Assembly (NCBI GenBank): GCA_050697795.1
Contig: JBOHAK010000271.1
Span: 1 to 31,563, forward strand
Direction of reading: 5' to 3'
Length of the DNA stretch: 31,563 nt
From: Gaiellaceae bacterium
GTDB lineage: Bacteria > Actinomycetota > Thermoleophilia > Gaiellales > Gaiellaceae
The notes under the pieces are model-generated. The model saw nothing but the letters and a program-made list of their open reading frames with translations. It did no database searches and was not told the DNA's origin. Within the stretch, counting starts at the first letter, position 1; each line of letters starts with the position of its first letter. A program made the translations under genes and the position numbers. Of this stretch, positions 14,753 through 23,394 are shown one piece after another.

Positions 14753-15751
14753 ATGCGGGTCTGGGTCGACATCACGGCGCCGCCCCACGTGCTCGTCTTC
14801 CGGCCGCTGCTCGAGCTCCTGCGCGCCCGCGGCGACGAGGTCGAGGTGACGGCACGCGAGCACGGGGAGACACTGCCGCTCCTCGAGCTGCACGGCATCG
14901 AGGCGGCCGTCATCGGCCGGCACGGCGGGCGGTCGCGCGCCGGGAAGCTCGGGACGATGGTGACGCGCCTCGGCGGGCTCGTCCGCTGGGCGCGCGGCCG
15001 CCGCTTCGACGTCGCGCTCGCCGCCGCGTCCCACCACCTCCCGCTCGCCGCGCGGACGCTTCGCATCCCCAGCTCGACGACGTTCGACTACGAGTTCGCC
15101 ACCGTGCAGCACCAGCTCGCCTGCCGCGCCGCGACCACGGTGCTGGTGCCCGAGGCGATTCCGCTCGAGCGGCTCGAGCGCTACGGCGCCCGCCCGCCGA
15201 AGCTTCGCCGCTATCCCGGCCTCAAGGAGGAGTACTACCTCGCGGACTTCGAGCCCGACCCGGGCGTGCTCGAGCGGCTCGGTCTCGATCCGGCACGGGT
15301 GATCGTCGTCGTCCGGACGCCCTCCGACTTCGCCACCTACCACCGGCGGACGAGCCCGCTCTTCCCCGCCCTTCTGCAGCGCCTGGGCCGCAGCGAGGAG
15401 GCGCAGACGGTCGTGCTCCCCCGCACGGCCGGGCACCGGGAGGAGATCCGGCGCCTCGGCCTGCCCGGGCTGGTCGTCCCCGAGCGCACGGTCGACGCCC
15501 AGAGCCTCATCGCGCTCTCCGACCTCGTGGTCTCTGCCGGCGGCACGATGAACCGCGAGGCGGCCGCCCTCGGCGTCCCGGTGTACACGACGTTCGGCGG
15601 GCGCCTGGGGTCCGTCGACGAGGCGCTCATCGGGGAAGGGCGGCTCCGGCCGCTCGTCGACCCGGCCGCGCTGGAGCTACGGAAGCGCGGGGCGGAAACC
15701 CGCCCCGCGCTCCGCGATCCCCGTCTGTTCCTCGATCTCCTCCTGCCCTAG
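14753..15751 (+). CDS. DUF354 family protein (GT-B glycosyltransferase-like)
   Basis: MRVWVDI..PPHV..FRP, TAR, FDYE, YPGLKEEYYL, SAGGTMNREAAALGVP; TAGACT 9 nt upstream. Confidence 0.85.
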   Translation: MRVWVDITAPPHVLVFRPLLELLRARGDEVEVTAREHGETLPLLELHGIEAAVIGRHGGRSRAGKLGTMVTRLGGLVRWARGRRFDVALAAASHHLPLAARTLRIPSSTTFDYEFATVQHQLACRAATTVLVPEAIPLERLERYGARPPKLRRYPGLKEEYYLADFEPDPGVLERLGLDPARVIVVVRTPSDFATYHRRTSPLFPALLQRLGRSEEAQTVVLPRTAGHREEIRRLGLPGLVVPERTVDAQSLIALSDLVVSAGGTMNREAAALGVPVYTTFGGRLGSVDEALIGEGRLRPLVDPAALELRKRGAETRPALRDPRLFLDLLLP

Positions 15752-17256
15752 AGCAGGCCGCGCGACCAGGGGCCGAAGATCGCGTACGTGATCCCGTTCG
15801 ACTGCATGTTCGTGTACATGACCTGCCCGCCCGGGCTGAACGTGACGCCGGCGAACTCGTCGGCGCCGCTCGCCAGGGCGTTGAGCGCGAGGTCGAACGT
15901 GAGCCCGTCCCTCGTGAGGCCCCGGACCTTGTTGCCCAGCGGGCTGTCCTCGCAGAGCATCACCGTCTTGCGCCGGGGCGAGACGATGATGTTGTCCGGC
16001 GAGTCGAGCACGTCGGGGCCCGGCGACTCGAAGACGAGCGTGAGCTTCTCGTTGCGTGTGTCGTACATCCACACCTGCCCGTAGCCCTCGCCGAAGCCGG
16101 CACTGCCCGGGAAGGGAGGCGAGTTGGGCGGGACAGCGCCGGTGAACGGCCCGCCGCCCTCCGTCGAGACGAAGAAGATCCGCCGGTTCCAGTACGCGAT
16201 GCCCTCGAGGCGGGAGAAGCGCGCGGCGCCCTTGCTCTCGCCCTCCTGGTACACGATGCGGGCCGCCTCGTCGTTCGAGAGGCCCGGAGCGAACGCGGGG
16301 TCGGGGTCCTCGATCCGGATCCAGCCGACGCGGTACGTCGCCCCCGGGACCTGGTTCGTGTGCAGGTCGGCCGTCACCGGCCCGCTCGCGCCGTCGGGAA
16401 CGACCCCGAGCACCTCGAGCCGGCCGCCGTCCTCGAGCCGCTTGTCCCGGAACGGGTTGTTGGGCGGGATGTAGCGGAAGAAGCCGGAGGCGTAGGCGAA
16501 GTCGTCCTCGGTCATGTAGACGATCCCGCTCCGCGGGTCGACCGCCGCCGCCTCGTGCGGGAAGCGGCCGGCCATGCGGATCGGCTCGCCCTCCTCCAGC
16601 TCGCCCGGGCCCCGGCTCGCGGGCACCTCGAAGAGATAGCCGTGCTTCTCCAGGTAGCTCAGGTCGTCCGGGTCGCCGGGCCCGATCAGGAAGCTCCGCT
16701 GCTGGTCGACGCCGTTCGGGGTCTCCTCGCACGTGATCCACGTGTTCCAGGGCGACTGTCCGCCGGCGCAGTTGAACGTCGTGCCGTTGAGGCTGACCCA
16801 GCTCTCGACCTCCTCCCCCCGGGGCGAGATCTCGAGCGTGGTCGTCCCGCCGGGCGCACGCGTGTCGTAGGCCTTGCTCGTGTCGCCGAACGCACCCACC
16901 GGATTCGGCTGGGTCTGCTCGTGGTTGCGCACGAGGCGGACCTTGTTACCCCACCCGAACGCCGCCATGCCGTCGTGGCGGCCCGGGGTGATGGTGCTCT
17001 CCTCGGTCAGCGGGGTGTTCCTCAGCGCGAACGACCGGTACTGGAAGTCGCGCGGTAGCCAGAGGCGCACCACGCCGTCGCGCAGGTCCTCGACGGGCCC
17101 GAGCGGGCCGTACCCGCCGTTGTTCGGCGCGCTCTTCGGCGCCGCCATCGCAGATCTGGCGATGAACCCGCCGAAGGGGCCGGCGGACGCTCCGACCGTG
17201 GCCGCCGCGGCGACCGCGCTCCGGCGCAGGAACGTCCGGCGATCGATGGTGCTCAT
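15748..17256 (-). CDS. phoX: PhoX family alkaline phosphatase (DUF839), Tat-exported
   Basis: Twin-arginine signal DRRTFL; HDGM, LVRNHE, NCAGG.SPW.TW.TCEE, GRFPHEA, YMTED, RLEG, PDN, CED, EFAG.TFSP. Confidence 0.9.
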   Translation of the reverse strand: MSTIDRRTFLRRSAVAAAATVGASAGPFGGFIARSAMAAPKSAPNNGGYGPLGPVEDLRDGVVRLWLPRDFQYRSFALRNTPLTEESTITPGRHDGMAAFGWGNKVRLVRNHEQTQPNPVGAFGDTSKAYDTRAPGGTTTLEISPRGEEVESWVSLNGTTFNCAGGQSPWNTWITCEETPNGVDQQRSFLIGPGDPDDLSYLEKHGYLFEVPASRGPGELEEGEPIRMAGRFPHEAAAVDPRSGIVYMTEDDFAYASGFFRYIPPNNPFRDKRLEDGGRLEVLGVVPDGASGPVTADLHTNQVPGATYRVGWIRIEDPDPAFAPGLSNDEAARIVYQEGESKGAARFSRLEGIAYWNRRIFFVSTEGGGPFTGAVPPNSPPFPGSAGFGEGYGQVWMYDTRNEKLTLVFESPGPDVLDSPDNIIVSPRRKTVMLCEDSPLGNKVRGLTRDGLTFDLALNALASGADEFAGVTFSPGGQVMYTNMQSNGITYAIFGPWSRGLL

Positions 17257-17282
17257 GGGTTCCTCCCCTGTCGAATCCCGAA

Positions 17283-17768
17283 GTGGCCGAAGCTATCCTA
17301 GGCCCGTTTCCGAGTCAATCCGAGAGGCGGGAAAGCGAATTGGCAGATCGTGAGGGAGTCGCACCGGCGGGGCTGGAGGCGTTCGTCGAGCAGGCGCGCG
17401 CGCTTCGCGACGAGGACCGGCTCGCGCTCGCCGGAGCGCGCCGCGCCGGCAACGAGGCCGTCCGCGCCGGGGCCTGGAGCGCCGCGGTCGAGCTCCTCCC
17501 CGAGCGCGCGACCGCCTACGTCTCGTGCTGGGCCCGCATCGGGCCCGTCTTCGTCCCCGAGCGGCTCGAGGAGCTCCTCCGCACCGGCTCCGGCGCGGAC
17601 GCCCGTGAGATCGCCGAATGGCAGGAGGTTGCCCGGCTTACCCGCATCGCCCTCGACGAGGCGCTCCTCGCCCTCCTTCTGTCGGACACGATGATGCCGC
17701 CGGACGTCCGGGAGCTCTACCACCCGTGGCGGACCATGCTCGAGGCCGCCCACGCGGCCCGCGCGTAG
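17283..17768 (+). CDS. Hypothetical helical protein (start may be TTG 17340)
   Basis: Only plausible ORF filling the gap between phoX and the convergent dehydratase gene. Confidence 0.6.
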   Translation: MAEAILGPFPSQSERRESELADREGVAPAGLEAFVEQARALRDEDRLALAGARRAGNEAVRAGAWSAAVELLPERATAYVSCWARIGPVFVPERLEELLRTGSGADAREIAEWQEVARLTRIALDEALLALLLSDTMMPPDVRELYHPWRTMLEAAHAARA

Positions 17769-17773
17769 CCCGC

Positions 17774-19654
17774 TCAGACGGTCTCTGCCTCGGGCGAGGC
17801 CACGCCGACCCGGCGCGGCGCGCGCATCAGCTCGCCGAGGCGCGCGACGATGTCGACCGTCTCGCCCGCGTCGGCCAAGCGCTCCAGCTCCGCGAGCTCC
17901 TCGTCGAGCCAGACCGGGTCGACCGGCCGGCAGGCGGCCCGCAGGATCTTCGGATGCGAGGTCGGCACGGCCGCCTCGCCCTCCGCCCACAGATCCTCGT
18001 GCAGCTTCTCGCCGGCGCGGACGCCGATGAACTCGATCGGGATGTCGCGCCCGGGCTCCTTCCCGGAGAGGCGGATCATGTTGTGCGCGAGGTCCACGAT
18101 CTTCACGGGCTCGCCCATGTCGAGGACGAAGATGTCGCCGCTCTCGCCGATCGCGCCGGCCTGGACGATGAGCTGCACGGCCTCCGGGATGGTCATGAAG
18201 TAGCGCTCCATGTCCGGATGGGTGACCGTGACCGGCCCGCCCCGGGCGATCTGGCGGCGGAAGAGGGGGATGACGCTGCCGGAGGAGCCGAGCACGTTGC
18301 CGAAGCGGACGGAGATGAAGCTGGTCCCGTTCTCGTGGCGCGCGGCGGCGGCCTCGACGAGCCACTCGCAGAGCGCCTTCGTCTGGCCCAGCACGTTCTT
18401 GGGCCGCACCGCCTTGTCGGTGGAGACGAGCACGAAGCGCTTCGCGCCGTACTCGGATGCGACCTCGGCGATCACCTTGGTGCCCACGACGTTGTTCCGC
18501 AGGGACTCGAGCGGGTTCGCCTCCATGAGCGGGACGTGCTTGTACGCGGCCGCGTGGAAGACGACGTCCGGGCGGTGCCGTTCGAAGAGCCGCCGAATCT
18601 TCACCCGGTCCTTGACGTCGGCGAGCACGGGGACGGTCGCCGTGAAGCGCCGCTCGTGCTGAAGCTCGCGCTCGATCGTCACGAGCGCGTTCTCGGCGTG
18701 CTCGACGAGGACGATCTGCCCGGCGCCGAGCGCAGCGACCTGGCGGCAGAGCTCCGAGCCGATGGAGCCGCCCGCACCGGTCACGAGGACGGTGGAGCCG
18801 GTGATATAGGAGGCGATCGAGGGCATGTCGAGGTCGACGGAGTCGCGGCCGAGCACGTCCTCGACCTGCACCTCGCGGAGCTGCTGGGAGAGGTTGAGGT
18901 CGCCCGCGATCAGCTCGTGCACGCCGGGCAGCGTCTTCACGGGCACGCCGGCGTCGCGGCACGCGTTCACCACCCGCTGGCGGACGTCGCCGGGGGCGGA
19001 CGGGATCGCGATGATGACCTCGTCCGGCTTCTGGTCGGCCAGCAGGCGCCGGAGGTCGCCTGTCGTCCCGAGCACGCGGACGCCGTGGAGGCGCATGTTC
19101 TTCTTGCGCGGGTCGTCGTCCACGAGCGCGGTGGGCGTGTAGCCGAGCGCGCGGCTCTTCAGCATCTCCCGGATGACGAGCTGCCCCGCGTCGCCCGCGC
19201 CGACGACGAGCGCCTCCTTGCCGCGCGCCACGAGCGCGCGCGGGCCGGGCCGCTCGATGAGCGTCCGCACCAGGAGCCGCACCCCGGTGACGAGGGCGAG
19301 GACGAGGATCCAGTCGATCGCGATGATCCCGCGCGGCAGGCGCCAGCCGTTCACCGGGTTCCAGAGGTAGAGGACGAGGACGGCGGCCGTGGACGCGACC
19401 GTGACCGCGAGGAACGAGCGCCACATGTCCCGGATGGACACGTAGCGCCACCAGTGCTCGTAGAGACCGAAGGCGACGAAGACGGTCAGCTTCACCCCCA
19501 CGACGGCGATGAAGACATCCAGGCCCAGGAACTCGTCGTAGCGGCCGGGGACGCCCTTGTCGAAGCGCACCTGGAACGCGACGTACCACGCCGCCGCGAT
19601 GAGGCCCGCATCGGCCACGACCTGCCAGATCCGGTGGCGGCTGACGAGCCTCAC
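17774..19654 (-). CDS. Membrane-bound nucleoside-diphosphate sugar 4,6-dehydratase (PglF/CapD/WbpM family)
   Basis: Four N-terminal TM helices; VGAGDAG, VDDDP, VEDVLGR, TGAGGSIGSEL, FHAAAYKHVP, STDKAV, VRFGNVLGSSGSV, RYFMTIPEA, GEKLHE. Confidence 0.95.
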   Translation of the reverse strand: MRLVSRHRIWQVVADAGLIAAAWYVAFQVRFDKGVPGRYDEFLGLDVFIAVVGVKLTVFVAFGLYEHWWRYVSIRDMWRSFLAVTVASTAAVLVLYLWNPVNGWRLPRGIIAIDWILVLALVTGVRLLVRTLIERPGPRALVARGKEALVVGAGDAGQLVIREMLKSRALGYTPTALVDDDPRKKNMRLHGVRVLGTTGDLRRLLADQKPDEVIIAIPSAPGDVRQRVVNACRDAGVPVKTLPGVHELIAGDLNLSQQLREVQVEDVLGRDSVDLDMPSIASYITGSTVLVTGAGGSIGSELCRQVAALGAGQIVLVEHAENALVTIERELQHERRFTATVPVLADVKDRVKIRRLFERHRPDVVFHAAAYKHVPLMEANPLESLRNNVVGTKVIAEVASEYGAKRFVLVSTDKAVRPKNVLGQTKALCEWLVEAAAARHENGTSFISVRFGNVLGSSGSVIPLFRRQIARGGPVTVTHPDMERYFMTIPEAVQLIVQAGAIGESGDIFVLDMGEPVKIVDLAHNMIRLSGKEPGRDIPIEFIGVRAGEKLHEDLWAEGEAAVPTSHPKILRAACRPVDPVWLDEELAELERLADAGETVDIVARLGELMRAPRRVGVASPEAETV

Positions 19655-20745
19655 GCGCCCGCTCCCACGCCGACGGCCAAGCGGATCGTCTCAACGACCT
19701 TTTCCTGCTGCCCGGCGCTGATCCCGGCCCAGAGCGGGAGCGCGATCGTCTCGCGGCCGGCCCGCTCCGACTCGGGCAGGCTCCCCGGCGTGTAGCCGAG
19801 GTGGCCGTAGACCGGCTGGAGGTGGAGTGGAGTCGTGTAGTACGTCGCACACCCGATGCCGGCCGCCCGCAGCGCTCCGGCCAGGCGGTCGGGCTCCGAC
19901 GAGCGCACGACGTACATGTGGTAGACGTGGCCCGGCTCGTCCTCCGGGAGCTCGACGAGCTCGCCGAGGCCGAGCTCCGCGTAGCGTGCGGCCGCCTCGC
20001 GACGCGCCTCGTTCCAGCGGTCGAGATGGCCCAGGAAGAGGCGAAGCGCGGCCGCCTGGATCTCGTCGAGGCGCGAGTTGTAGCCGACCGCGTCGAAGCG
20101 CTCCTTGTCGCGCGAGCCGTGGAAGCGGAGCAGCCGGACGCGCTCGGCGAGGCCCTCGTCGCCCGTCGCGACGAGCCCGCCGTCGCCGAGCCCGAAGAGG
20201 TTCTTCGTCGGGAAGAAGCTGAAGGTCGACGCCGCGCCGACGGCGCCCGCGCGCACCTCGCCGACCCGCGCGCCGAAGGCCTGCGCGGCGTCCTCGATCA
20301 CGGGCACGCCGTCGGGCAGCTCGGCCAGAGCAGCCGGGCGGCCGAAGAGGTGGACGGCGAGCACCGCCTTCGTCCGCGCGGTCACCCGGTCGGCGACGTC
20401 GGCGGGATCGAGGTTCAGCGTGGCCGGGTCGACGTCGCAGAAGACCGGCGTCGCGCCCACACGTGAGACCGCCTCGGCGGTCGCGAAGAACGTGAAGGCC
20501 GGGCAGACCACCTCGTCGCCGGGCCCGACGCCGAGAGCGTCGAGGACGAGGACGAGCGCGTCCGTCCCGTTGGCGACCCCGATCGCGTCGCCGACCCCCA
20601 GGTACGAGGCGGCCTCCTGCTCGAAGGCGCGCACCTCCGGCCCGAGGATGAAGCGGCCCGAGTCGAGCACGGCCCCGATGCGCTCCTTCAGCTCGTCGAG
20701 GAGCGGCGCGTACTGCGCACGGACGTCGACGTGCGGGATGCTCAT
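19651..20745 (-). CDS. DegT/DnrJ/EryC1/StrS PLP-dependent sugar aminotransferase
   Basis: NGTDAL, TFFAT, VHLFG, EDAAQA, SFFPTKNL (PLP Lys), GDGG, NSRLDEIQAA. Confidence 0.95.
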   Translation of the reverse strand: MSIPHVDVRAQYAPLLDELKERIGAVLDSGRFILGPEVRAFEQEAASYLGVGDAIGVANGTDALVLVLDALGVGPGDEVVCPAFTFFATAEAVSRVGATPVFCDVDPATLNLDPADVADRVTARTKAVLAVHLFGRPAALAELPDGVPVIEDAAQAFGARVGEVRAGAVGAASTFSFFPTKNLFGLGDGGLVATGDEGLAERVRLLRFHGSRDKERFDAVGYNSRLDEIQAAALRLFLGHLDRWNEARREAAARYAELGLGELVELPEDEPGHVYHMYVVRSSEPDRLAGALRAAGIGCATYYTTPLHLQPVYGHLGYTPGSLPESERAGRETIALPLWAGISAGQQEKVVETIRLAVGVGAGA

Positions 20746-20882
20746 AGGCCAGTACCTGGCCTATGAGCGTGTGGAGGGTGTGTGAGGGAACCGGGAGGTT
20801 CCCTCACTGCATCGAAGAAGGGGGCACGTGGGGGAAACATGGTTTCCCCCGCGCGACCGAGCCGAAGGCGAGGGAGGGTCAT
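20740..20882. repeat. Multi-hairpin REP/MITE-like intergenic element
   Basis: Three stems: GCTCATAGGCCAG-tac-CTGGCCTATGAGC (20740-20768), GTGAGGGAACC-ggga-GGTTCCCTCAC (20782-20807), GGGGGAAAC-atg-GTTTCCCCC (20830-20850). Only one copy in this window. Confidence 0.7.
20742..20882 (-). CDS. Repeat-derived 46-aa mini-ORF coupled to the DegT gene
   Basis: MTLPRLRLGRAGETMFPPRAPFFDAVREPPGSLTHPPHAHRPGTGL*. TAGAGT lies 9 nt upstream and the TGA overlaps the DegT ATG (ATGA). Confidence 0.4.
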   Translation of the reverse strand: MTLPRLRLGRAGETMFPPRAPFFDAVREPPGSLTHPPHAHRPGTGL

Positions 20883-20894
20883 GGCGCGGTCACT

Positions 20895-21581
20895 CTAGCG
20901 ACCGACCCCTTCGGCGGACCGCTCCACGGCGCGGCGGCGGAGCCGATTGCGGCGATGCCGGTAGAGGAGCGCGGCGATGCCCGCGACGACCAGCGCGATG
21001 ATCGCGTAGTCGGCGTAACGGAAGCTCTCGTGGAACCGCTCCCAGCTGCTCCCGAGCCCGACTCCGATGGCGGCCAGCCCGAAGCACCACGGAATCGTTC
21101 CGAGGAACGTGAGCGCCGTGTAGCGCCCGACCGGCATCCGGGCGACACCGGCCGGGATGGAGATGAAGGAGCGGACGACGGGGAGCATGCGCGAGACGAA
21201 GACGGCGGCGTCCCCGTAGCGCTCGAACCAGGCGTGCGCCTTGTCGAGCTTCGCCGGCGTGATGTGGAGCCAGCGCCCGTGTTTCTCCAGGTACGGACGC
21301 CCGCCGTAGGCGCCGATCGCCCAGCCGAGCACGGATCCGACCGTGTAGCCGAGCGTCCCGGCCATCGCCATCGCGACGTAGGCCCAGGCGGTCGACTCGA
21401 TCTCCGCGCCGAAGACGGTGACGCTCGAGCCGGGGAACGCGCCGGCCGCGACGGCGCCGGCGTAGACCATGACGAGCTCGCTCGCGGCCGGCAGAACGGC
21501 GTCGACGAGCATGAGGACGAAGACGGCGTAGAGGCCGTAGTCGCCGACGACGCCGGTGACGGCCTCGGTGATCTCGTGCAC
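20895..21581 (-). CDS. dedA: DedA family membrane protein
   Basis: LPAASELVM.YAG, GTLG..VGS, WFERYG...VFVSRMLPVVRSFISIPAG..RM. Confidence 0.92.
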   Translation of the reverse strand: MHEITEAVTGVVGDYGLYAVFVLMLVDAVLPAASELVMVYAGAVAAGAFPGSSVTVFGAEIESTAWAYVAMAMAGTLGYTVGSVLGWAIGAYGGRPYLEKHGRWLHITPAKLDKAHAWFERYGDAAVFVSRMLPVVRSFISIPAGVARMPVGRYTALTFLGTIPWCFGLAAIGVGLGSSWERFHESFRYADYAIIALVVAGIAALLYRHRRNRLRRRAVERSAEGVGR

Positions 21582-21611
21582 CCGCCGAGTCTACCCAGGC
21601 GGCTGCGGTGC

Positions 21612-23354
21612 CTAGCCGGACGCCCGCACGACGCGCACGGCCCGTGCGAGAGCCACCGTGCCGAGGCCGTTGCGGGCGGTCACGCGAACCGTGTACGTCC
21701 CACCCGGGACGACCGTCCGCGAGGCGTTGCGCCCGCCCCACCGCCAGGCGTGCTTCCCGCGGCCGAGCTCGCCGCGATGGAGCATGCGCACGACCCGGCC
21801 CGACCCGGAGCGGACGGAGACCTCGACGCTCGACCTGCGCGTGAGGATCGCCGAGATGCCCAGGCGGCCGCCCCGGCGGGGCACGACCCGCATCTGCGCC
21901 TTCGAGAGCCTCAGGTGCCCGAGCGTCCGGTTGACGAGGAACCTCCGCTCCATCCGGCTCACCCGGCCGTTGTACGTCTCCGTCGCCTGGGCGACCCAGC
22001 GCCAGGTTCCCTCGGTCATGCCGGGCACGCCGACGACGTGGCGGAGGACCCCCGGGTTGCGCACGCCGCGGAGTTGCCACGCAACCGTCCCGTTCGGACG
22101 GAGGAGGCGGAGGTGCACGGAGGAGCGGCGCACGATCTTGGCCGAGGCGACCGTCGTGTCGCCCACGCCGTCACGGTTCGGGGTGAGCACCGAGCGCGGC
22201 ACACGCGGCGCGTAGATCCCGTAGTACTGCACCATGAGGCCGTTCGCGACGGCGCGGGCCCTGCCGCCGGACGGCCGGTTCAGCACCCGTCCATCGAAGG
22301 AGAGCGTCGTCGAGCCGCCGCCGTCGAAGCCCATCGCCGTGACGGCGCCGAGGTTCGCCATCGTGAGGGCCATGTCCCAGTTCGTCAGCCCGAGGCTGCG
22401 CCTGCTGCGGCCGTCTGCGACGACGAGGATGAGGCGGCCGTCGGCGAGCTGGCCGACCGCCGTCCGCGGATGCCGCGGCACGAGCTGCGAGAGGGTGAAG
22501 TTCTCGTCGGCCTGGCGGACGGGAGCGCCGTCGCGCACGAGCACGGGGCCACCCCCGATTGCGTCGGCCGAGTCGTCCGGGAGGCCGAGCATCTGGAGCC
22601 GCACGGTGACATTCGTCCCCGGCGGTGCTTCCCGGAGCATCGTCTTCCGCCAGAACCCCCGAGCCTGGAGGACGGCGCCGCCCGGCGGGACCCGCGTGCC
22701 GCCGTTCCGACGGACCGCCGTGACCCGTCCGCGCAGCCACCCGTTGAGGAGGGCGCGGGGGAAGCCGGAGAGGACGAGCTCGACCGCGCCCCGGACGCGC
22801 GGCGTCGGCGCGCCGTAGGCGCGCGTGAAGAGCGAGACTCCGGGCGGGTCGGCGATGACCCGGTTCAGCTCACGGACCGGATGCGCCTCGTTCGCGCCCC
22901 CCTTCCACGAGGCGGCGAAGCGGAAGCGGTCGACGAGGAGCCGACCGTCGAAGGCGATCGCGAGGGCAGAGCGGCGGAGGTTGGGCTTCGCCGACAGCAC
23001 CCCGTCGCGCAGGAACGCCCCGCTCGGGCTGCCGCTCGCGGTGTTGAAGAAGTCTCCGTTCACGCCGACCGCGGTGCTCCACGGCCGCAGGCCGCGCTGC
23101 ATGGACGGCACCGTCTGGTGTCCGAGCACGCTGTTGTTCGAGAGCACCGGACGGAGCTGGTAAAGGCCGCCGTGACGGGGTGCCCGGACGACGTGAACCA
23201 CGACGGGCTGGCCGCGGACGATGTGCGTGAGGCGGTCGTAGGTGACGCCGGGAACGAGCGTCGTCGCCGCCCCGGCCGCCGCCGGGGACACGAGAAGAGC
23301 CGCGATTGCGGCGGGGAGAAGACCCCTCTTCAACACCCCGTCGCACGAAATCAC
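21612..23354 (-). CDS. Secreted phosphodiester glycosidase (NAGPA family) with C-terminal FlgD Ig-like domains
   Basis: Signal peptide; VNGDFF, IGGGP.LVRDG, RHPRTAVG, ADGR, FDGGGSTT, RAVAN; C-terminal WGGRNASRTVVPGGTY. Start may be GTG 23336. Confidence 0.85.
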   Translation of the reverse strand: MISCDGVLKRGLLPAAIAALLVSPAAAGAATTLVPGVTYDRLTHIVRGQPVVVHVVRAPRHGGLYQLRPVLSNNSVLGHQTVPSMQRGLRPWSTAVGVNGDFFNTASGSPSGAFLRDGVLSAKPNLRRSALAIAFDGRLLVDRFRFAASWKGGANEAHPVRELNRVIADPPGVSLFTRAYGAPTPRVRGAVELVLSGFPRALLNGWLRGRVTAVRRNGGTRVPPGGAVLQARGFWRKTMLREAPPGTNVTVRLQMLGLPDDSADAIGGGPVLVRDGAPVRQADENFTLSQLVPRHPRTAVGQLADGRLILVVADGRSRRSLGLTNWDMALTMANLGAVTAMGFDGGGSTTLSFDGRVLNRPSGGRARAVANGLMVQYYGIYAPRVPRSVLTPNRDGVGDTTVASAKIVRRSSVHLRLLRPNGTVAWQLRGVRNPGVLRHVVGVPGMTEGTWRWVAQATETYNGRVSRMERRFLVNRTLGHLRLSKAQMRVVPRRGGRLGISAILTRRSSVEVSVRSGSGRVVRMLHRGELGRGKHAWRWGGRNASRTVVPGGTYTVRVTARNGLGTVALARAVRVVRASG

Positions 23355-23394
23355 ACCCGGAGCCGGAAGACAAGGCGCGCGCCGGCGCCGCCAC

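Noticed and set aside
15748..17256. PhoX as the missing phosphosulfolactate phosphatase
   Set aside because: It has a Tat signal (extracytoplasmic), is 7 kb away and is separately transcribed.
14161..19850. Long ORFs 14161-17058 (+), 17618-19795 (+) and 17298-19850 (-)
   Set aside because: Antisense or alternative-frame shadows of well-supported genes, with Arg/Pro/Ala-rich composition.
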